Below the pieces are notes generated by a model. The model searched no databases, was not told the origin of the DNA, and was given only the letters and a program-made list of their open reading frames with translations. Positions 28,544 through 40,240 of a stretch of 64,000 bases of DNA are shown here, piece after piece. The stretch's first letter is position 1. Each line of letters opens with the position of its first letter. A program made the translations under genes and the position numbers. The DNA comes from Candidatus Poribacteria bacterium (lineage in GTDB: Bacteria > Poribacteria > WGA-4E > JAJDTR01), in contig CBDCTK010000002.1 of assembly GCA_965222225.1 (NCBI GenBank), positions 4,218,126 through 4,282,125 on the forward strand. The letters run 5' to 3'.

Positions 28544-28833
28544 ACTGGTAGGCTCCGTGCATGTTATGTCAATTGTGACGCAATGGATGATCGTAAAGAT
28601 TTAATTGTACACGGGCATCATGGCTTACGTCATACATATAGGTGACGTGGCGCCCATCACGATACACCGTTGATATTTTAGCAAAGATGGCGGAATTTCG
28701 CAACTGCCCGCTATACATTTAATCAACCAAGAGTCGGTACTCATTAAAATCAACCGTGCCGAACTGAAGAAACGCAATGCGGAAATCCACTAAAGCTTTA
28801 TTGGTCATTGAGTTTTTTTTCGTGGTTAACCTT

Positions 28834-29385
28834 ATGATTCCTGATGATGTCTACGTTCACAAAACGGTTGAAGGTGATGGGAGTGCGTTCAACGAACTTG
28901 TGCAACGTCACTATGCCAAGATTTATGGGCTGGCTTGCCGTATGCTTGGTAATCCGGACGATGCATCCGACGCAACTCAAGAGACGTTTTTGGAAGCCTA
29001 TAAATCGCTTCAATCCTTCCAGTTTCAATCGAAGTTTTCAACGTGGTTGTATCGAGTAGCAATCAATACATGCCAACAGCACATTCGTAAGTCCGAGTCC
29101 CGGGGCCGCACGTTGATGTCTTACACGAATAGCCTGCGAGAGCAGGACCGTCAGTACATCGCAGATTTTCCGGAGCGGATGATATTGAAAACCGAGCGAG
29201 ATGGCTTAATACAAGCAGCAATCGACCAATTGCCGCCAAAGCAACGAGCCGTGGTAGTTCTGTTTTATGCTCAAAATCTGAAATATCGAGAGATTGCACT
29301 GGTTTTAGATTGTTCGGAAGGCACAGCGGCTTCACGCCTGAACGCGGCAATAAGAAACCTCAAATCAATGCTCAAGAATCTGTAG
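28834..29385 (+). CDS. ECF-type RNA polymerase sigma-70 factor.
   Basis: Region 2 (FNELVQRHYAKIYGLACRMLGNPDDASDATQETFLEAY) and region 4 HTH (LKYREIALVLDCSEGTAASRLNAA). Confidence 0.7.
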   Translation: MIPDDVYVHKTVEGDGSAFNELVQRHYAKIYGLACRMLGNPDDASDATQETFLEAYKSLQSFQFQSKFSTWLYRVAINTCQQHIRKSESRGRTLMSYTNSLREQDRQYIADFPERMILKTERDGLIQAAIDQLPPKQRAVVVLFYAQNLKYREIALVLDCSEGTAASRLNAAIRNLKSMLKNL

Positions 29386-29416
29386 AGGTGACGACGTATA
29401 GAAAGGAGGTACTATT

Positions 29417-29950
29417 TTGAATTGTGAAGATTTCATGACAACTATCAATGTGAATCGCTTAAGTTCAGAGCTCCAACTGCAAGAGAATGTTGAATTGAAA
29501 CGGCACCTTGAGACGTGCCCAAAGTGTGAGGCGGAATATGAGGAGATGCTGCATGCGGTAGCAGTTCTTGAAAGCCTGCCAGATCCCGCGCCACCTCCAG
29601 ATCTTGCCTTGCGCATTCAGAAAGAGATTGCCAAGGAACATCGTCGCAGTCGCCTCGCTTTTTTTGCAAACCCGTTTGCCCGCCTTATTCTTGCTTTGAA
29701 GATCAACCCTCACCCGGCACTCGTTAACTGTACCGCGATGATATTCTACTTAATGCTGACGGTTTTTTTGGTAAAACTCACATTCTTCAGCGAATCAAAT
29801 GATGCAAGGCACATCTCATCCCCTGCCAAAGCCGTAAAGAAGAACGCGCGTGTTGTCACAACATCATGGGCTGCGATCAGAGGAATACCAACTCTCAGAG
29901 AGGAACCTGAGCTGATGATGCCAGAGGAGGAGACTATACAAGAGCGATAA
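29417..29950 (+). CDS. Anti-sigma factor of the zf-HC2 type with one TM helix.
   Basis: CEDFMTTI...HLETCPKCEAEYEEMLH zinc-finger motif immediately downstream of the ECF sigma gene. TM helix at AMIFYLMLTVFLVKLTFF. Confidence 0.5.
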   Translation: MNCEDFMTTINVNRLSSELQLQENVELKRHLETCPKCEAEYEEMLHAVAVLESLPDPAPPPDLALRIQKEIAKEHRRSRLAFFANPFARLILALKINPHPALVNCTAMIFYLMLTVFLVKLTFFSESNDARHISSPAKAVKKNARVVTTSWAAIRGIPTLREEPELMMPEEETIQER

Positions 29951-30073
29951 TTAACGGAATTAGTAGCTTGTAGCTTTTAGACTGACGACAAACATAAAAC
30001 TTGGTACCCTGTCGTAAATCTTTTCGTCACACGTAGATGTCCATAGTGACTATTCTTCTCGTAGGAGTTTGCT

Positions 30074-30928
30074 ATGGACATTTTGAATCTTATGAAAGAG
30101 TTTCCAAATCAAGAATCTTGTCTCAGATTTATAGAGGAAAAACGTTGGAAGGACGGTGTTTGCTGTATCCACTGTGGCAGTGAAAAAGTTGGACGCAAGA
30201 ACAAAAACGACATTACTACTGGTTGGAATTGCTACGATTGTGAATCTAGCTTTTCGGCTACAGCAGGAACCATCTTCCATGGTACCAAGATACCTCTCCA
30301 GAAATGGTTTTTGGCTATCTCAATTCTTTCCAATGCCAAGAAAAGCATATCGAGTTGTCAGCTTGCTCGTGACTTGGACATGAATCAAAAGTCCGCTTGG
30401 TATATGGCAATGCGCCTCCGTGAGAAAATGAGTGATAGTGATGAATTGCTGAAAGGGATAGTTGAAGCGGACGAAACCTATGTCGGCGGCAAACCCAGAG
30501 CAAAATCTAAGAGAGGTAGAGGCACAAATAAATCTCCCGTCATCGGCGTAGTCGAGAGAGGCGGTCGGGTGGTTGCTAAATTCATGAAGGTTCTATCTGG
30601 TGAAAATATCAGAGAATTCATCCTTAGCAATGTCTCACCCGATGAGTCTATTCTTATGACTGATGAATTTCGCTCTTACAATAGTCTGGACGAAGATATC
30701 GAAAGACATGTTATCCATCACCAAGAGAGATATGTTTCTGAGGACGGCGTAACTCACACCAACACCATCGAGTCGTTTTGGGCTTGTGTCAAGAGGTCAT
30801 TCTACGGAACGCATCATCACTACAGCAAGAAGTGGCTGCCACTGTATATCATGGAGTCTTGCTGGAAATATAATCGCAGAAAAGATGATGAGATTTTCAT
30901 AAGATTTTTTGATGAATGCTTCACCTGA
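30074..30928 (+). mobile_element. IS1595-family insertion sequence transposase gene. The element ends could not be resolved.
   Basis: N-terminal zinc-ribbon CCIHCGSEKVGRKNKN...WNCYDCESSFSATAGTIFHGTKIPLQKWFLAISIL and the DDE_Tnp_IS1595 core (ETYVGGK...). Flanking DNA is AT-rich and non-coding to about 31.6 kb. Confidence 0.75.
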
Positions 30929-31616
30929 GCCACATGAATTGTTTGGCTATCGGTATATTCTGTCAACGACAACATCATGGTGTGCTGAAAATCCCATAGT
31001 GTTGGAAATTAAAATCCCGCAGATAACCCGCAATGCTCCCGCGAGCATGTACAAACGCTTGGTCAACATGATATGCCTCCATTTCTCTCTTATAGAGATG
31101 TATTTTAGTGTGAATCAAGATTCCGAACACTGTCTAAAGTTATTGTACATTAAGAAGAGAAAAGCAAGCAAATCGACCAAAAAGCAGTTAACTACTAAGT
31201 CCCATAATTAATGTTACGTGTTAACGCCTCATGACTACAAGACGTCAAGATTACAACAAGAATTGATTACCGAGGCGCATGTTTTCCCGACCTGTTCTAC
31301 ACCCCGTTATTGTACGGAACATCCCTACATTAACTAGGAATACGTCTATGCCTATTTGCTGGTTCTCATGTATCTCACTTAAATATCCCGGCACTGGCGC
31401 ATTCCCGTCCTAGAGGCATCAATTTGATTGACGCAGTAATTCCGGATATGCTATGATAACCTTTCTGCGTTACGGAAAGACATAGGACTGTATTCACCCT
31501 AATTGAGAGTGCATTTGAAAGCAGGGCGTTTACCAAAGTCCGACCGTTGCTTAATCGAATTGTCGAAACTGGCCAGAGAGAAGCAAAAATCGTAAAAATA
31601 TAAGGGAGGCAACTGA

Positions 31617-32384
31617 ATGCCGGAAATTGGAATACCTCACACGATTGGCGGGATTGCCATCATCATAGCCTTAACGACCTCATTTCGTATTCTGAAAGAA
31701 TACGAACGAGCTGTTGTTTTTCGCCTTGGGCGACTCAGTGGAACAAGAGGTCCCGGCTGGGTTTGGTTGATTCCATTCTGGGTTGAACGCATGCAGAAAA
31801 TTAGCCTTCGGGTGGTTGTGCAGGATGTCACCCCTCAAGATGCGATCACGAAGGACAACGTCTCGGTGAGTGTGAATGCGGTGCTCTCTTTTCGAGTTGT
31901 GGCGGCGGACAAAGCCGTCGTTGAAGTGGAGGACTTTGGGTTCGCCATCGCGCAGGTTGCGCAGACGACACTCCGGAGCGTACTCGGTAGGGCTGAGCTT
32001 GATGATCTTCTGTCAGAGCGGGAGAAGCTTAATCAAGACCTTCAAACAATCATTGAACAACACTGTGCACCGTGGGGTGTCAAGGTCTTTGCCATGGAGA
32101 TTAAGCATGTTGACTTGCCTGCCGAGATGCAACGAGCAATGGCAAAACAGGCGGAGGCGGAAAGAGAACGGCGTGCCAAGATCACTCACGCAGAAGGTGA
32201 ATTGGAATCTGCCCACGCATTGACAGATGCGGCGACAATCTTGAGCGCAACGCCAACCGCAATCCAATTGCGATTTCTGCAGGCAATGGTTGAGGTTTCC
32301 GCGGAGAAAAATTCAACTCTCGTGTTTCCGATTCCCATCGATCTCCTCACACCGTTCCTAAAACAGAGAGATGAAAAGAGTTAA
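31617..32384 (+). CDS. SPFH/band-7 (stomatin/HflC-like) membrane protein.
   Basis: N-terminal TM helix, then [42 protein letters not shown], and a C-terminal coiled coil. Confidence 0.7.
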   Translation: MPEIGIPHTIGGIAIIIALTTSFRILKEYERAVVFRLGRLSGTRGPGWVWLIPFWVERMQKISLRVVVQDVTPQDAITKDNVSVSVNAVLSFRVVAADKAVVEVEDFGFAIAQVAQTTLRSVLGRAELDDLLSEREKLNQDLQTIIEQHCAPWGVKVFAMEIKHVDLPAEMQRAMAKQAEAERERRAKITHAEGELESAHALTDAATILSATPTAIQLRFLQAMVEVSAEKNSTLVFPIPIDLLTPFLKQRDEKS

Positions 32385-32404
32385 GTGTTTCCCACAGGTC
32401 GAAT

Positions 32405-32773
32405 ATGTTGTCTGCGAGAGACAAAATCATCCTCAAAGGTATTCGATTCCATGGTTACCATGGCACCTCTGAGTCCGAGAGACAAGTGGGACAGAAATAT
32501 GAGGTTGATGTCGAATTGATATGCAGTTTGGCTACAGCCGGCGGTACGGATGACCTCGACGACACCGTTAACTATACCGATGTCGTCGACCTAATTGTCG
32601 AAATCGGGACGGAAAAATCCTTCCATTTAATCGAGGCCCTGGCAGAAAGGTCGGCGTCAGGAATTTTGAACCGTTTCCCGGTTGATGAAGTCCGAATAAC
32701 CGTTAAGAAGCTGTCTCCTCCGATTGAGCAACCTCTTCCTCATGTTGCGGTAGAAATATGTCGAAGCAAATAG
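32405..32773 (+). CDS. folB: Dihydroneopterin aldolase.
   Basis: DKIILKGIRFHGYHGTSESERQVGQKYEVDVEL matches the FolB N-terminal signature. Length 122 aa. Confidence 0.7.
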   Translation: MLSARDKIILKGIRFHGYHGTSESERQVGQKYEVDVELICSLATAGGTDDLDDTVNYTDVVDLIVEIGTEKSFHLIEALAERSASGILNRFPVDEVRITVKKLSPPIEQPLPHVAVEICRSK

Positions 32774-32872
32774 CAGCCAAGATTAATTCGCTAGCCATTA
32801 CGAATACGGTTTTCACATCTGGATTGGCAGCTTCAACGTGCCCAACTTATTGCGAAGAGGTTGAAATCCGTC

Positions 32873-34162
32873 TTACTCCAAATAGGGGCGCAGGTGAGTC
32901 AACGTCCGCTCTGCAGCCCCTAGATTCTCTTCAATAACACGCTTTCCAATCAATCCCCTTCGAACTCGTTCTTTCGGGTTATTGAACCAATGTCCGAGCA
33001 CGGAAGCCATTTCAGTCGCATTATTGACTAATTGCGCTGCCCCTTCGTCCCGGAGCATGTGCGCTTCGTGAGCGTTGTGGACGGTTGGCCCGAATAGTAT
33101 GGGTTTCGCCATTGCCGCCGGCTCCATCACGTTATGAACGCTGCCGTGAAAACTTCCTCCCACAAATACAACATCGCCCATTAAATAGAGTTTCGCGAGC
33201 AATCCAACGGTGTCGATTATAATCACATCGGTGTCTTTCAGATTAATCCCGTCCGTTAAATCGGAAAAACAGAAATATGAGAAGCCGCGTAGATTTAACA
33301 CTTCTCGAATCTGGCGGATGCGGTTCTCGGTCGGCTCGTGAGGAACAAGAATAAGGTGGGGTCGAATCCGGGATGGTTCCTGCTGCAGAAGTTTGTACGC
33401 CTCCAACAATACTCGCTCATCCTCCGAGTAGGTGCTTCCGGCAATCAGAACCTGGCGGGCTAACGTAGCCTGTCCCGGAAAGAATTCGGCGTCAGCCTCA
33501 ACGGTTAGCGCTCGTTGGTAGACCCTATCGAAACGTGTGTCGCCAGTCACCTCAATTCGGGCATCAGGCGGGCAAATCTGACGGAATCGTTCCGCGTCTG
33601 CCTCCGAGATGGCGCAATGGAGTGTGATGTGGCGGTGCACACTCCTGGAAAACGGGCGCACTAGGTATGACATCCGCTTTGACTTTGCGTGCAGTGTCCC
33701 GGCAATAAGAATGATTGGTACCTTCTGGCGGGCGGTTGACCACACGAGATTGGGCCAAGTATCAAATTTTGAAAAGACTAGAAGTGTTGGCTTGATAATC
33801 TGAAGAAGTGCGCGCGCATTGTGACGCGTGTCAAGCGGTAGGTAACCCGATGCATCGCAGTAAGAATATCGCGCGACGTTGGGGTGTACGGACGGCGAGA
33901 AGTAGGTCAGTACAATTCGAGAATCATCTTTAATCGCCTCAATTAGAGGTTTAGCTTGTTCAAATTCTCCGACCGAAGTAAAATGAAACCAAACAGTGCA
34001 GTCCGATTGCCGTGCCGAATTCAACTGGCTTTTCAGCTTTCTCAGTACATCACGCCTACCTGCGATGCCCTCCCGGACCTTATTGTCGAATTTCGCTGCG
34101 GTGTGAAAACCAACGAATAGCGCCGGAACACCTATCGCGTTATAGAGTGATTCCCAAATCAT
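32873..34162 (-). CDS. waaA: 3-deoxy-D-manno-octulosonic acid (Kdo) transferase.
   Basis: WFHFTSVGEFEQAKPLIEAIK N-terminal glycosyltransferase family 30 motif. Length 429 aa. Confidence 0.7.
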   Translation of the reverse strand: MIWESLYNAIGVPALFVGFHTAAKFDNKVREGIAGRRDVLRKLKSQLNSARQSDCTVWFHFTSVGEFEQAKPLIEAIKDDSRIVLTYFSPSVHPNVARYSYCDASGYLPLDTRHNARALLQIIKPTLLVFSKFDTWPNLVWSTARQKVPIILIAGTLHAKSKRMSYLVRPFSRSVHRHITLHCAISEADAERFRQICPPDARIEVTGDTRFDRVYQRALTVEADAEFFPGQATLARQVLIAGSTYSEDERVLLEAYKLLQQEPSRIRPHLILVPHEPTENRIRQIREVLNLRGFSYFCFSDLTDGINLKDTDVIIIDTVGLLAKLYLMGDVVFVGGSFHGSVHNVMEPAAMAKPILFGPTVHNAHEAHMLRDEGAAQLVNNATEMASVLGHWFNNPKERVRRGLIGKRVIEENLGAAERTLTHLRPYLE

Positions 34163-34242
34163 ATAGAATCTACACGTATTTCATTACAAGAGAAGCCAAA
34201 TAATTGTACCATGTCACTCCGTGCCGTGTGTCGCGACGCACT

Positions 34243-34569
34243 TTATAGTGCGCCTAGAATTTTTTGCTGCAATGCATCCTTCGGCATGACACCGACAATT
34301 TGCTCGGCAACTTCACCATCTTTGAAAACGAGCAGTGTGGGGATGCTTCGAATGCCGTATTTCATCGCTGTTTCGCGGTTGTTATCCACATCTAACTTTC
34401 CAACAGAGAATTTCCCAACATTCTCATCGGCAAGTTCTTCCAGAATTGGAGCAATCATCTTGCACGGGCCGCACCATTCCGCCCAAAAATCAACCACCGT
34501 CGGCGTATCGGAACTTACAACACTTTCTTCAAAAGTTTCATCAGTGACTTCAAAAACGTTCCCAGCCAT
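34243..34569 (-). CDS. trxA: Thioredoxin.
   Basis: [22 protein letters not shown] carries the WCGPC active site. Length 108 aa. Confidence 0.85.
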   Translation of the reverse strand: MAGNVFEVTDETFEESVVSSDTPTVVDFWAEWCGPCKMIAPILEELADENVGKFSVGKLDVDNNRETAMKYGIRSIPTLLVFKDGEVAEQIVGVMPKDALQQKILGAL

Positions 34570-34914
34570 AATTTCCCTCCTTCTAAGTAATAATCTGTTT
34601 TCATGTTTCTCAAAACCGCGTCTCTATTGCTTATCACGAAAAACGAGCAGTGTAGAATCCGCCTACTTGAATATTGCCAAAAACTGCGCAATATGATACC
34701 CTACAAGTATACCAGAGTCAACCGTATTCCCGTCAAAAATCTGTCAACCTCTTGGCGTGGAATACTGTGCATCTGTTCCGAGTCTGACATCATAGGCATT
34801 TGGCTTCAGCCTGAGGCAGCAAAATAAATGGCACCAAGCTTACAACGGATTACTGATTTTGGTTCGGAGTTTAAGCCTATCCGATGGATCCAAAGACTTG
34901 TATCGGAAAGGGCA

Positions 34915-35523
34915 ATGTACAATTTAAGCGGAAAAATAGCCCTTGTCACAGGTGTTGGAGGAGAGTTCGGAATAGGACGCGCTATCGCCATGAGACTTGC
35001 CGAGGATGGCGCCGACTTCGCTATCAGCGACCTCGCACAGAGTCTCCGTATACCGACAGCGGATCGGACTGGGCTGTGTTGCCGCAGGTAGTCGATGAAA
35101 TCCGTGCGTTGGAATGCAGATCGATTGGAATTACGGCCGACGTTTCTAAAGCAGTTCAAGTCGAGAACATGGTCCGGAAGGTGATTGGAGAGTTCGGACG
35201 TATTGACATTCTGGTAAACAATGCCGGTGCACTCGCGGGACCGGACCGCGTTTCCGTCACTGGACTGGATGAGGCGGTCTGGGATCGAGTACAATTTGTT
35301 AATGTCAAGGGGACGTTTCTCTGTTGCAAGACAGCTGCCCGGCACTTCAACAATTACGGAAAAACGACGGCAGATAGTTGAGAAGAAAGCTTCAGATGTA
35401 CCTCTAGGTCGGATTGCTCAAGGTCTTGATGTTGATCGAACCGCGGCATACCTCGCTTCGTCCGAGTCGGGCTATCACACCGGATTGGCAATAAGTGTTA
35501 CCGGCGGGTTGGAAATGGGATGA
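34915..35523 (+). pseudogene. Decayed short-chain dehydrogenase/reductase (FabG-like). It has two frameshifts plus an internal deletion that removes the catalytic Ser-Tyr-Lys region.
   Basis: Frame 1 reads KIALVTGVGGEFGIGRAIAMRLAEDGADFAISDL. Frame 2 reads IGITADVS...IDILVNNAG...NVKGTFLCCKTAARHF. Frame 3 reads DVPLGRIAQ...AAYLASSESGYHTGLAISVTGG. Only about 60 nt separate the AARHF and PLGR segments, where about 270 nt would be expected. Confidence 0.6.
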
Positions 35524-35778
35524 AACCTTTGGCTTGTTTTCGTTCAATACCACGTCCGTTTGATACAGAATAGCCAACGGCGCTCCCGATACCCTTCAGA
35601 GGCAACCAAGCCTTACACTTTTGAGTGCAAGACTTGGGACAGGACGCAGAGCACTACAACTAACACTTCTCGACTCGTTTCAGCATCTAGGCTACCGCTA
35701 AACTTTCAATTCCAACTTCCGTCAAAAAATACGGTTAAATGGATTATGGAGCAGGTCAACATACTCAAGGAGATGCTA

Positions 35779-37110
35779 ATGATTAGACGGAGAACGTGGT
35801 TCGCGCTGGCAATCGTGCTGATGCTTTCAATCCGATTTACGGACGCAGAGGAGCCTGATGTTGGAGTCGACTTTTCCAGACCTCTCACACTTGAACAGTG
35901 CATCAAACTTGCACTGGAGAAGTCGTCCGATATGCGTAATGCACGACTAGATTTTGCCATTCAAGACCTCCGAGTCGAAAATGCGCGAGCACAATTTCTG
36001 CCCGATGTTTTGCTCGGTGGACGATATGGAATTTCCGAAAGGGCTGATTTCGGATTCAAACGCGCAAATTACGATCTTGATGTCACGGGAAGATATACAC
36101 TGTGGGATCACGGCCAGAGAACGGCAACTTACTCGCAGGCAAAGGAGACACGCAATGCGACTGAAAATCGAAACGAGCGAGTTAAGCAGGGCCTTATTTT
36201 TCAAATCACACAAGCCTATTACGATGTGCTCAAATCGCAGGAGCTTGTCAAGGTAAGTAAGGAAATTTTGGCAAGATCGCAAGAAAACACTGCGGCAACG
36301 AAGGTTCATGTTCAAGTCGGCAATCTGATTCCCGCTGATATTGCCACTTCCCAAGTACGAGAAGCGAATGACGAATTGAGTCTCTTAAGCAACGAGAACG
36401 ATCTCAAAATCGCCTTGGCGACTTTGCCACGGTTAATGGGCATGAAACCGGACACTGTAATCATCCTTGCCGAAGACGCTGATTATGTTCAATATCGCGA
36501 TCGCGGCGAAATTGAGGTCACGGAAATGGCGGTCGAAGAAGCCATCCAGTTGGCATATGAGAACCGTCCGGAGTTCAAAGAACTTAACTCCCTCCTTGCC
36601 CAGCGTGAAGCAGATATGAAACTCGCAACGTTGGGGCGATTGCCACAACTGGACGCGGACTTCAACTACTCCATAAACCTTGATGATTACCTCCACGAAC
36701 GTGAGGATTTTAATCAGTTCCGAAGTTGGGACTTTACGACACGGTTGAATTTCCCTATTTTCGATGGCGGGGTCACTAAGCGGCTTGTTCAGGAAGTTAG
36801 CATACTGCTAAGTCAAATACGCGAGGACGCTCAGGATTTGGAACGCTCTATCGCACTGGAAGCCCGGCAAGCATACCTTAACCTCAAACGTGCGGAACGG
36901 GCGCTAGATATTTCCGGTACTCAAGTCAGAAACGCTGAATCGAGTCTTGAGGTAATTCGCGGACGATTTCAACAGGAGCTAGCATTTCTGCTAGAATTAC
37001 TCGACTCGCAAACGGAGTATGCACAAGCTGTGACCAATCAGGTTCGGTCATTTTATGATTACAAGATTGCGCAAAGTGCATTGCAGCGTGCAATGGGAAC
37101 GCTAAATTGA
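35779..37110 (+). CDS. TolC-like outer-membrane efflux protein.
   Basis: Start MIRRRTWFALAIVLMLSIRFTDA (signal peptide) follows AAGGAG with 6-nt spacing. Two OEP repeat halves. Confidence 0.6.
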   Translation: MIRRRTWFALAIVLMLSIRFTDAEEPDVGVDFSRPLTLEQCIKLALEKSSDMRNARLDFAIQDLRVENARAQFLPDVLLGGRYGISERADFGFKRANYDLDVTGRYTLWDHGQRTATYSQAKETRNATENRNERVKQGLIFQITQAYYDVLKSQELVKVSKEILARSQENTAATKVHVQVGNLIPADIATSQVREANDELSLLSNENDLKIALATLPRLMGMKPDTVIILAEDADYVQYRDRGEIEVTEMAVEEAIQLAYENRPEFKELNSLLAQREADMKLATLGRLPQLDADFNYSINLDDYLHEREDFNQFRSWDFTTRLNFPIFDGGVTKRLVQEVSILLSQIREDAQDLERSIALEARQAYLNLKRAERALDISGTQVRNAESSLEVIRGRFQQELAFLLELLDSQTEYAQAVTNQVRSFYDYKIAQSALQRAMGTLN

Positions 37111-39065
37111 GATTCAACAAGAAACACAGCATTATACTCTCATTAGTCGTACTCTTGGTTGCCACGGTTGTGATTATCGTCATTAAAATTAAAGGGAAGA
37201 GTAAAGATGACGATGAAGAGAAAATGGAAGTTGTCCGGCGCGGCGAGTTTGTTGTCAAGTTGCGTGAGACAGGCAATCTTGCGGCTTTGCTTTCTGTAGA
37301 AGTGCGTTCAAACGTTGAGGGAGAAATTGAGCAGATTTTTGTGACGGCGGGAGCGCTTGTTGAAGAAGGGCACGAATTGCTCAAAATTGACGATGAGCAA
37401 ATCTCCGAGCAGCGGAACCAGGCAGAGGCATACCGCAACGCACAGAAAGCGCAGCACAAACAGGCGGAACTACGGATCGAGCTGAAAAAAAAACAGCAAG
37501 CAAGTGAAATTGCCCAAGCCGAAAATTCTGTAAAAATAAAGGAAGGGCGTCTGGAATCGCTAGAACCGACTATACGCCAACGAATCACCGAATCCGAAAC
37601 TCGTATCTCGACAACTTACAACTCTCTTGCACAAGACGACATCGCGCTGCGTCAGGCCAAGATTGCGTTAGAACAGGCACAACTTGCCCATCAACGCGCG
37701 CAAGGCGCCTCTGAAGCGGCGAAGGTTAAGCTTGAAACCGTCCAAGCGGACTACAAGCGCAACCAGGAACTTTATGAGAAAAAGTTGGTGCCGAAACGAA
37801 CGGTGGAGGAATCCGACACGCGTCATGCGAATGCCCTATTCGAATACGAAACAGCAAAGAAAGATGTTGAAACACAACTGCAATCCGTTGAATCCCGGAA
37901 ACAATATATTGAGGCGAGAGAGGAAGCAATTAAGAGCCGCAAAGCAACCCTAAAACTTCATGAACAGGGACTTATCACTATCACGGACTCGGGAGCGGCG
38001 CAAGAGAAAGAATATCTCGCTGAATTGGAAAATTCCCGTAGACGGCTTCAGAAAATACTAGAAACAACCGAGCCGGAGAAAGAACTAACGATACACTCGG
38101 AAGTGAGCGCACGAGCAACTTGGCTTGAGGCCGAAAGCGCCCTTGCCGCACAAGAAAAGCGGCTAGAATGGGCTACCGTCAAAGCGCCAATCTCTGGTAC
38201 CATCACACGTGTATTCTTTGAGGAAGGAGAAATCGTCACCTCGGGACGCTCCGCATTTTCGCGCGGTGAAGCCTTGATGACAATCGCAGATTTCTCCAAG
38301 ATGATTGTCAAGACACGAATCAACGAAGTCGAAATCTCTAAGGTAGAAGTTGGGCAAGAAGCGGAGGTTCGAGTTGAAACCTACACCGATTTAGTCTTTA
38401 AAGGGCGCGTTAGCGAAATATCGCCAGGGGCTATCGTCCCTCAACAGGGTGTGGAAAACACCGTTATTACTTTCGAAGTAGATGTCGAAATACTTGAAGC
38501 GACATCTCAACTCCTTCCTGGCATGTCGGCAGATGTAGATATCATCGTTTTCAAGGGAGAGGATGTTCTCCAACTGCCCATTGAAGCTGTTATCAATTCA
38601 GAGGTATTAACCGTAAAAGCAACAGTGACGGGGAGCGACCTTAGACGCCTTCGCCCAAATCAGGAACTCAAAATCCTAAACTTGATTGGTAAAGAATTCA
38701 CCGGCAAAGTTGGCAAGATCCGAGCAAATGCTTCACGCGGGAACGTGGAGATTCTACTTGATGGTACTCCCCGTGGACTACGAACGGGGCCAGCTGAAGT
38801 CAGCATATTAATTTCGGACACGAATCGAATCTCGCGCGTGCAAGCGGGGATTGGTAGTACCAAGCAGCATTATGTGCAACTTGATACTGAAACCAAAGAG
38901 TCTAAGCGAAAAAAGGGAAAAGACAACGAGATGAAGGGCGTAAAGACTAGAATAGAAGTCGGTCAGCGCAATGCCAGCCATTTTGAGATTCTTGCTGGCG
39001 TGGACGCGGGAGATCGAGTCTTTGTCCCTTCCATGGAGCAGCTTACACGGCAGGATGGGAAGTAG
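37107..39065 (+). CDS. HlyD-family periplasmic adaptor (membrane fusion protein) with a very long coiled coil.
   Basis: N-terminal TM anchor, about 300 aa of coiled coil, and beta-barrel/lipoyl-like C-terminal domains. It overlaps the TolC stop (ATGA). Confidence 0.6.
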   Translation: MRFNKKHSIILSLVVLLVATVVIIVIKIKGKSKDDDEEKMEVVRRGEFVVKLRETGNLAALLSVEVRSNVEGEIEQIFVTAGALVEEGHELLKIDDEQISEQRNQAEAYRNAQKAQHKQAELRIELKKKQQASEIAQAENSVKIKEGRLESLEPTIRQRITESETRISTTYNSLAQDDIALRQAKIALEQAQLAHQRAQGASEAAKVKLETVQADYKRNQELYEKKLVPKRTVEESDTRHANALFEYETAKKDVETQLQSVESRKQYIEAREEAIKSRKATLKLHEQGLITITDSGAAQEKEYLAELENSRRRLQKILETTEPEKELTIHSEVSARATWLEAESALAAQEKRLEWATVKAPISGTITRVFFEEGEIVTSGRSAFSRGEALMTIADFSKMIVKTRINEVEISKVEVGQEAEVRVETYTDLVFKGRVSEISPGAIVPQQGVENTVITFEVDVEILEATSQLLPGMSADVDIIVFKGEDVLQLPIEAVINSEVLTVKATVTGSDLRRLRPNQELKILNLIGKEFTGKVGKIRANASRGNVEILLDGTPRGLRTGPAEVSILISDTNRISRVQAGIGSTKQHYVQLDTETKESKRKKGKDNEMKGVKTRIEVGQRNASHFEILAGVDAGDRVFVPSMEQLTRQDGK

Positions 39066-39094
39066 CCTGCCACGTCAACAGGTGGGGTGTTATC

Positions 39095-39805
39095 GTGCTT
39101 ATAGATGCTCGCAATCTTACAAAAGTCTATCAAATGGGCGATGTTAAGGTGAATGCTCTCAGAGGTGTGACATTCACCGCTGAATCCGGCGAATTCATCG
39201 CGATTATGGGGCCCTCTGGCTCGGGGAAATCCACGATGATGGATATTCTCGGCTGTCTCGCACAGCCGACCGAAGGCGAATACTACCTTGAAGGAGAGGA
39301 GGTCGGGCAGTTGTCCGACAACCGGCTCGCCGAGATTCGCAATCGGAAAATTGGGTTTGTATTCCAAACCTTCAACCTACTGCCGCGCACAAGTGCCCAA
39401 CATAATGTTGAGTTACCTCTCATTTATGCCGGAATTGGGCGCAAAGAGCGCAAACGTCGCGCTTTTGAATCGCTTGAAGCGGTTGGATTGGCAGATCGTG
39501 TGCGGCACAAATCGACGGAACTATCCGGTGGGCAGATTCAACGCGTGGCAATCGCACGCGCGCTTGTAGCGGATCCGTCAATCATCTTCGCTGATGAGCC
39601 CACGGGAAATCTCGATTCCAAGTCGGGTGCCGAAATCATGGCGATTTTCCACCGACTTAATGAAAAGGGGAATACAATTATTATGGTCACGCACGAACAA
39701 GAGCTCGCCCAACACGCGAGGCGTGTGCTCCATATTCGAGATGGGCTGATTGAACGAGATGAGCGACGGAATGAGGAGTCTGAAACTCCGGAGATTGAAG
39801 AGTGA
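39095..39805 (+). CDS. ABC transporter ATP-binding protein, MacB/LolD-like ATPase domain only.
   Basis: [21 protein letters not shown]...[24 protein letters not shown] and [12 protein letters not shown]. No FtsX-type permease gene follows. Confidence 0.75.
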   Translation: MLIDARNLTKVYQMGDVKVNALRGVTFTAESGEFIAIMGPSGSGKSTMMDILGCLAQPTEGEYYLEGEEVGQLSDNRLAEIRNRKIGFVFQTFNLLPRTSAQHNVELPLIYAGIGRKERKRRAFESLEAVGLADRVRHKSTELSGGQIQRVAIARALVADPSIIFADEPTGNLDSKSGAEIMAIFHRLNEKGNTIIMVTHEQELAQHARRVLHIRDGLIERDERRNEESETPEIEE

Positions 39806-40240
39806 GATTACTCTACTTTTAGCACAGCAAAAATCGACGCCTCTTACCTCTGCTGAGTTTCGTTATTCCTCCCAATTCATTCGCGTGCGTTTAACCTCCC
39901 ATTGAATGAGATATTCACAATTACGTTGTGAATGCGCTCACCTCAAAAATTCCTGCACCAAGACGTCCAATTCAACTACGACCTCTGCACGAATTCGTTC
40001 AGATTCCAAGGCACTTTTGCCGAATCCTGATTTGCTAACTTGTCGGTAGATATGGCATAATAATTGCGTGTAACTTTGAGTGACCGGCCTAGCACTTCGT
40101 CTGAATCCCCAATCTTGATTTGCCTCATCAACCCAACCACCACTGAGGGAAAGACAAAAAGAGTTGCAAATAACCTTTGACCGCCATCGAAACGCTCTGT
40201 TTCGGATGGCCCAACTCAAACGTTGTAAAAGGGGGGCATC

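Noticed and set aside
35947-36354. 135-aa minus-strand ORF. The similar track ORFs at 36926..37588 and 38963..39367 fall in the same category.
   Set aside because: All are antisense to the TolC/HlyD/ABC coding sequences.
39938-40219. 93-aa minus-strand ORF between the ABC ATPase and the WD40 gene.
   Set aside because: It has no start context or motif. The region probably holds the WD40 gene promoter.
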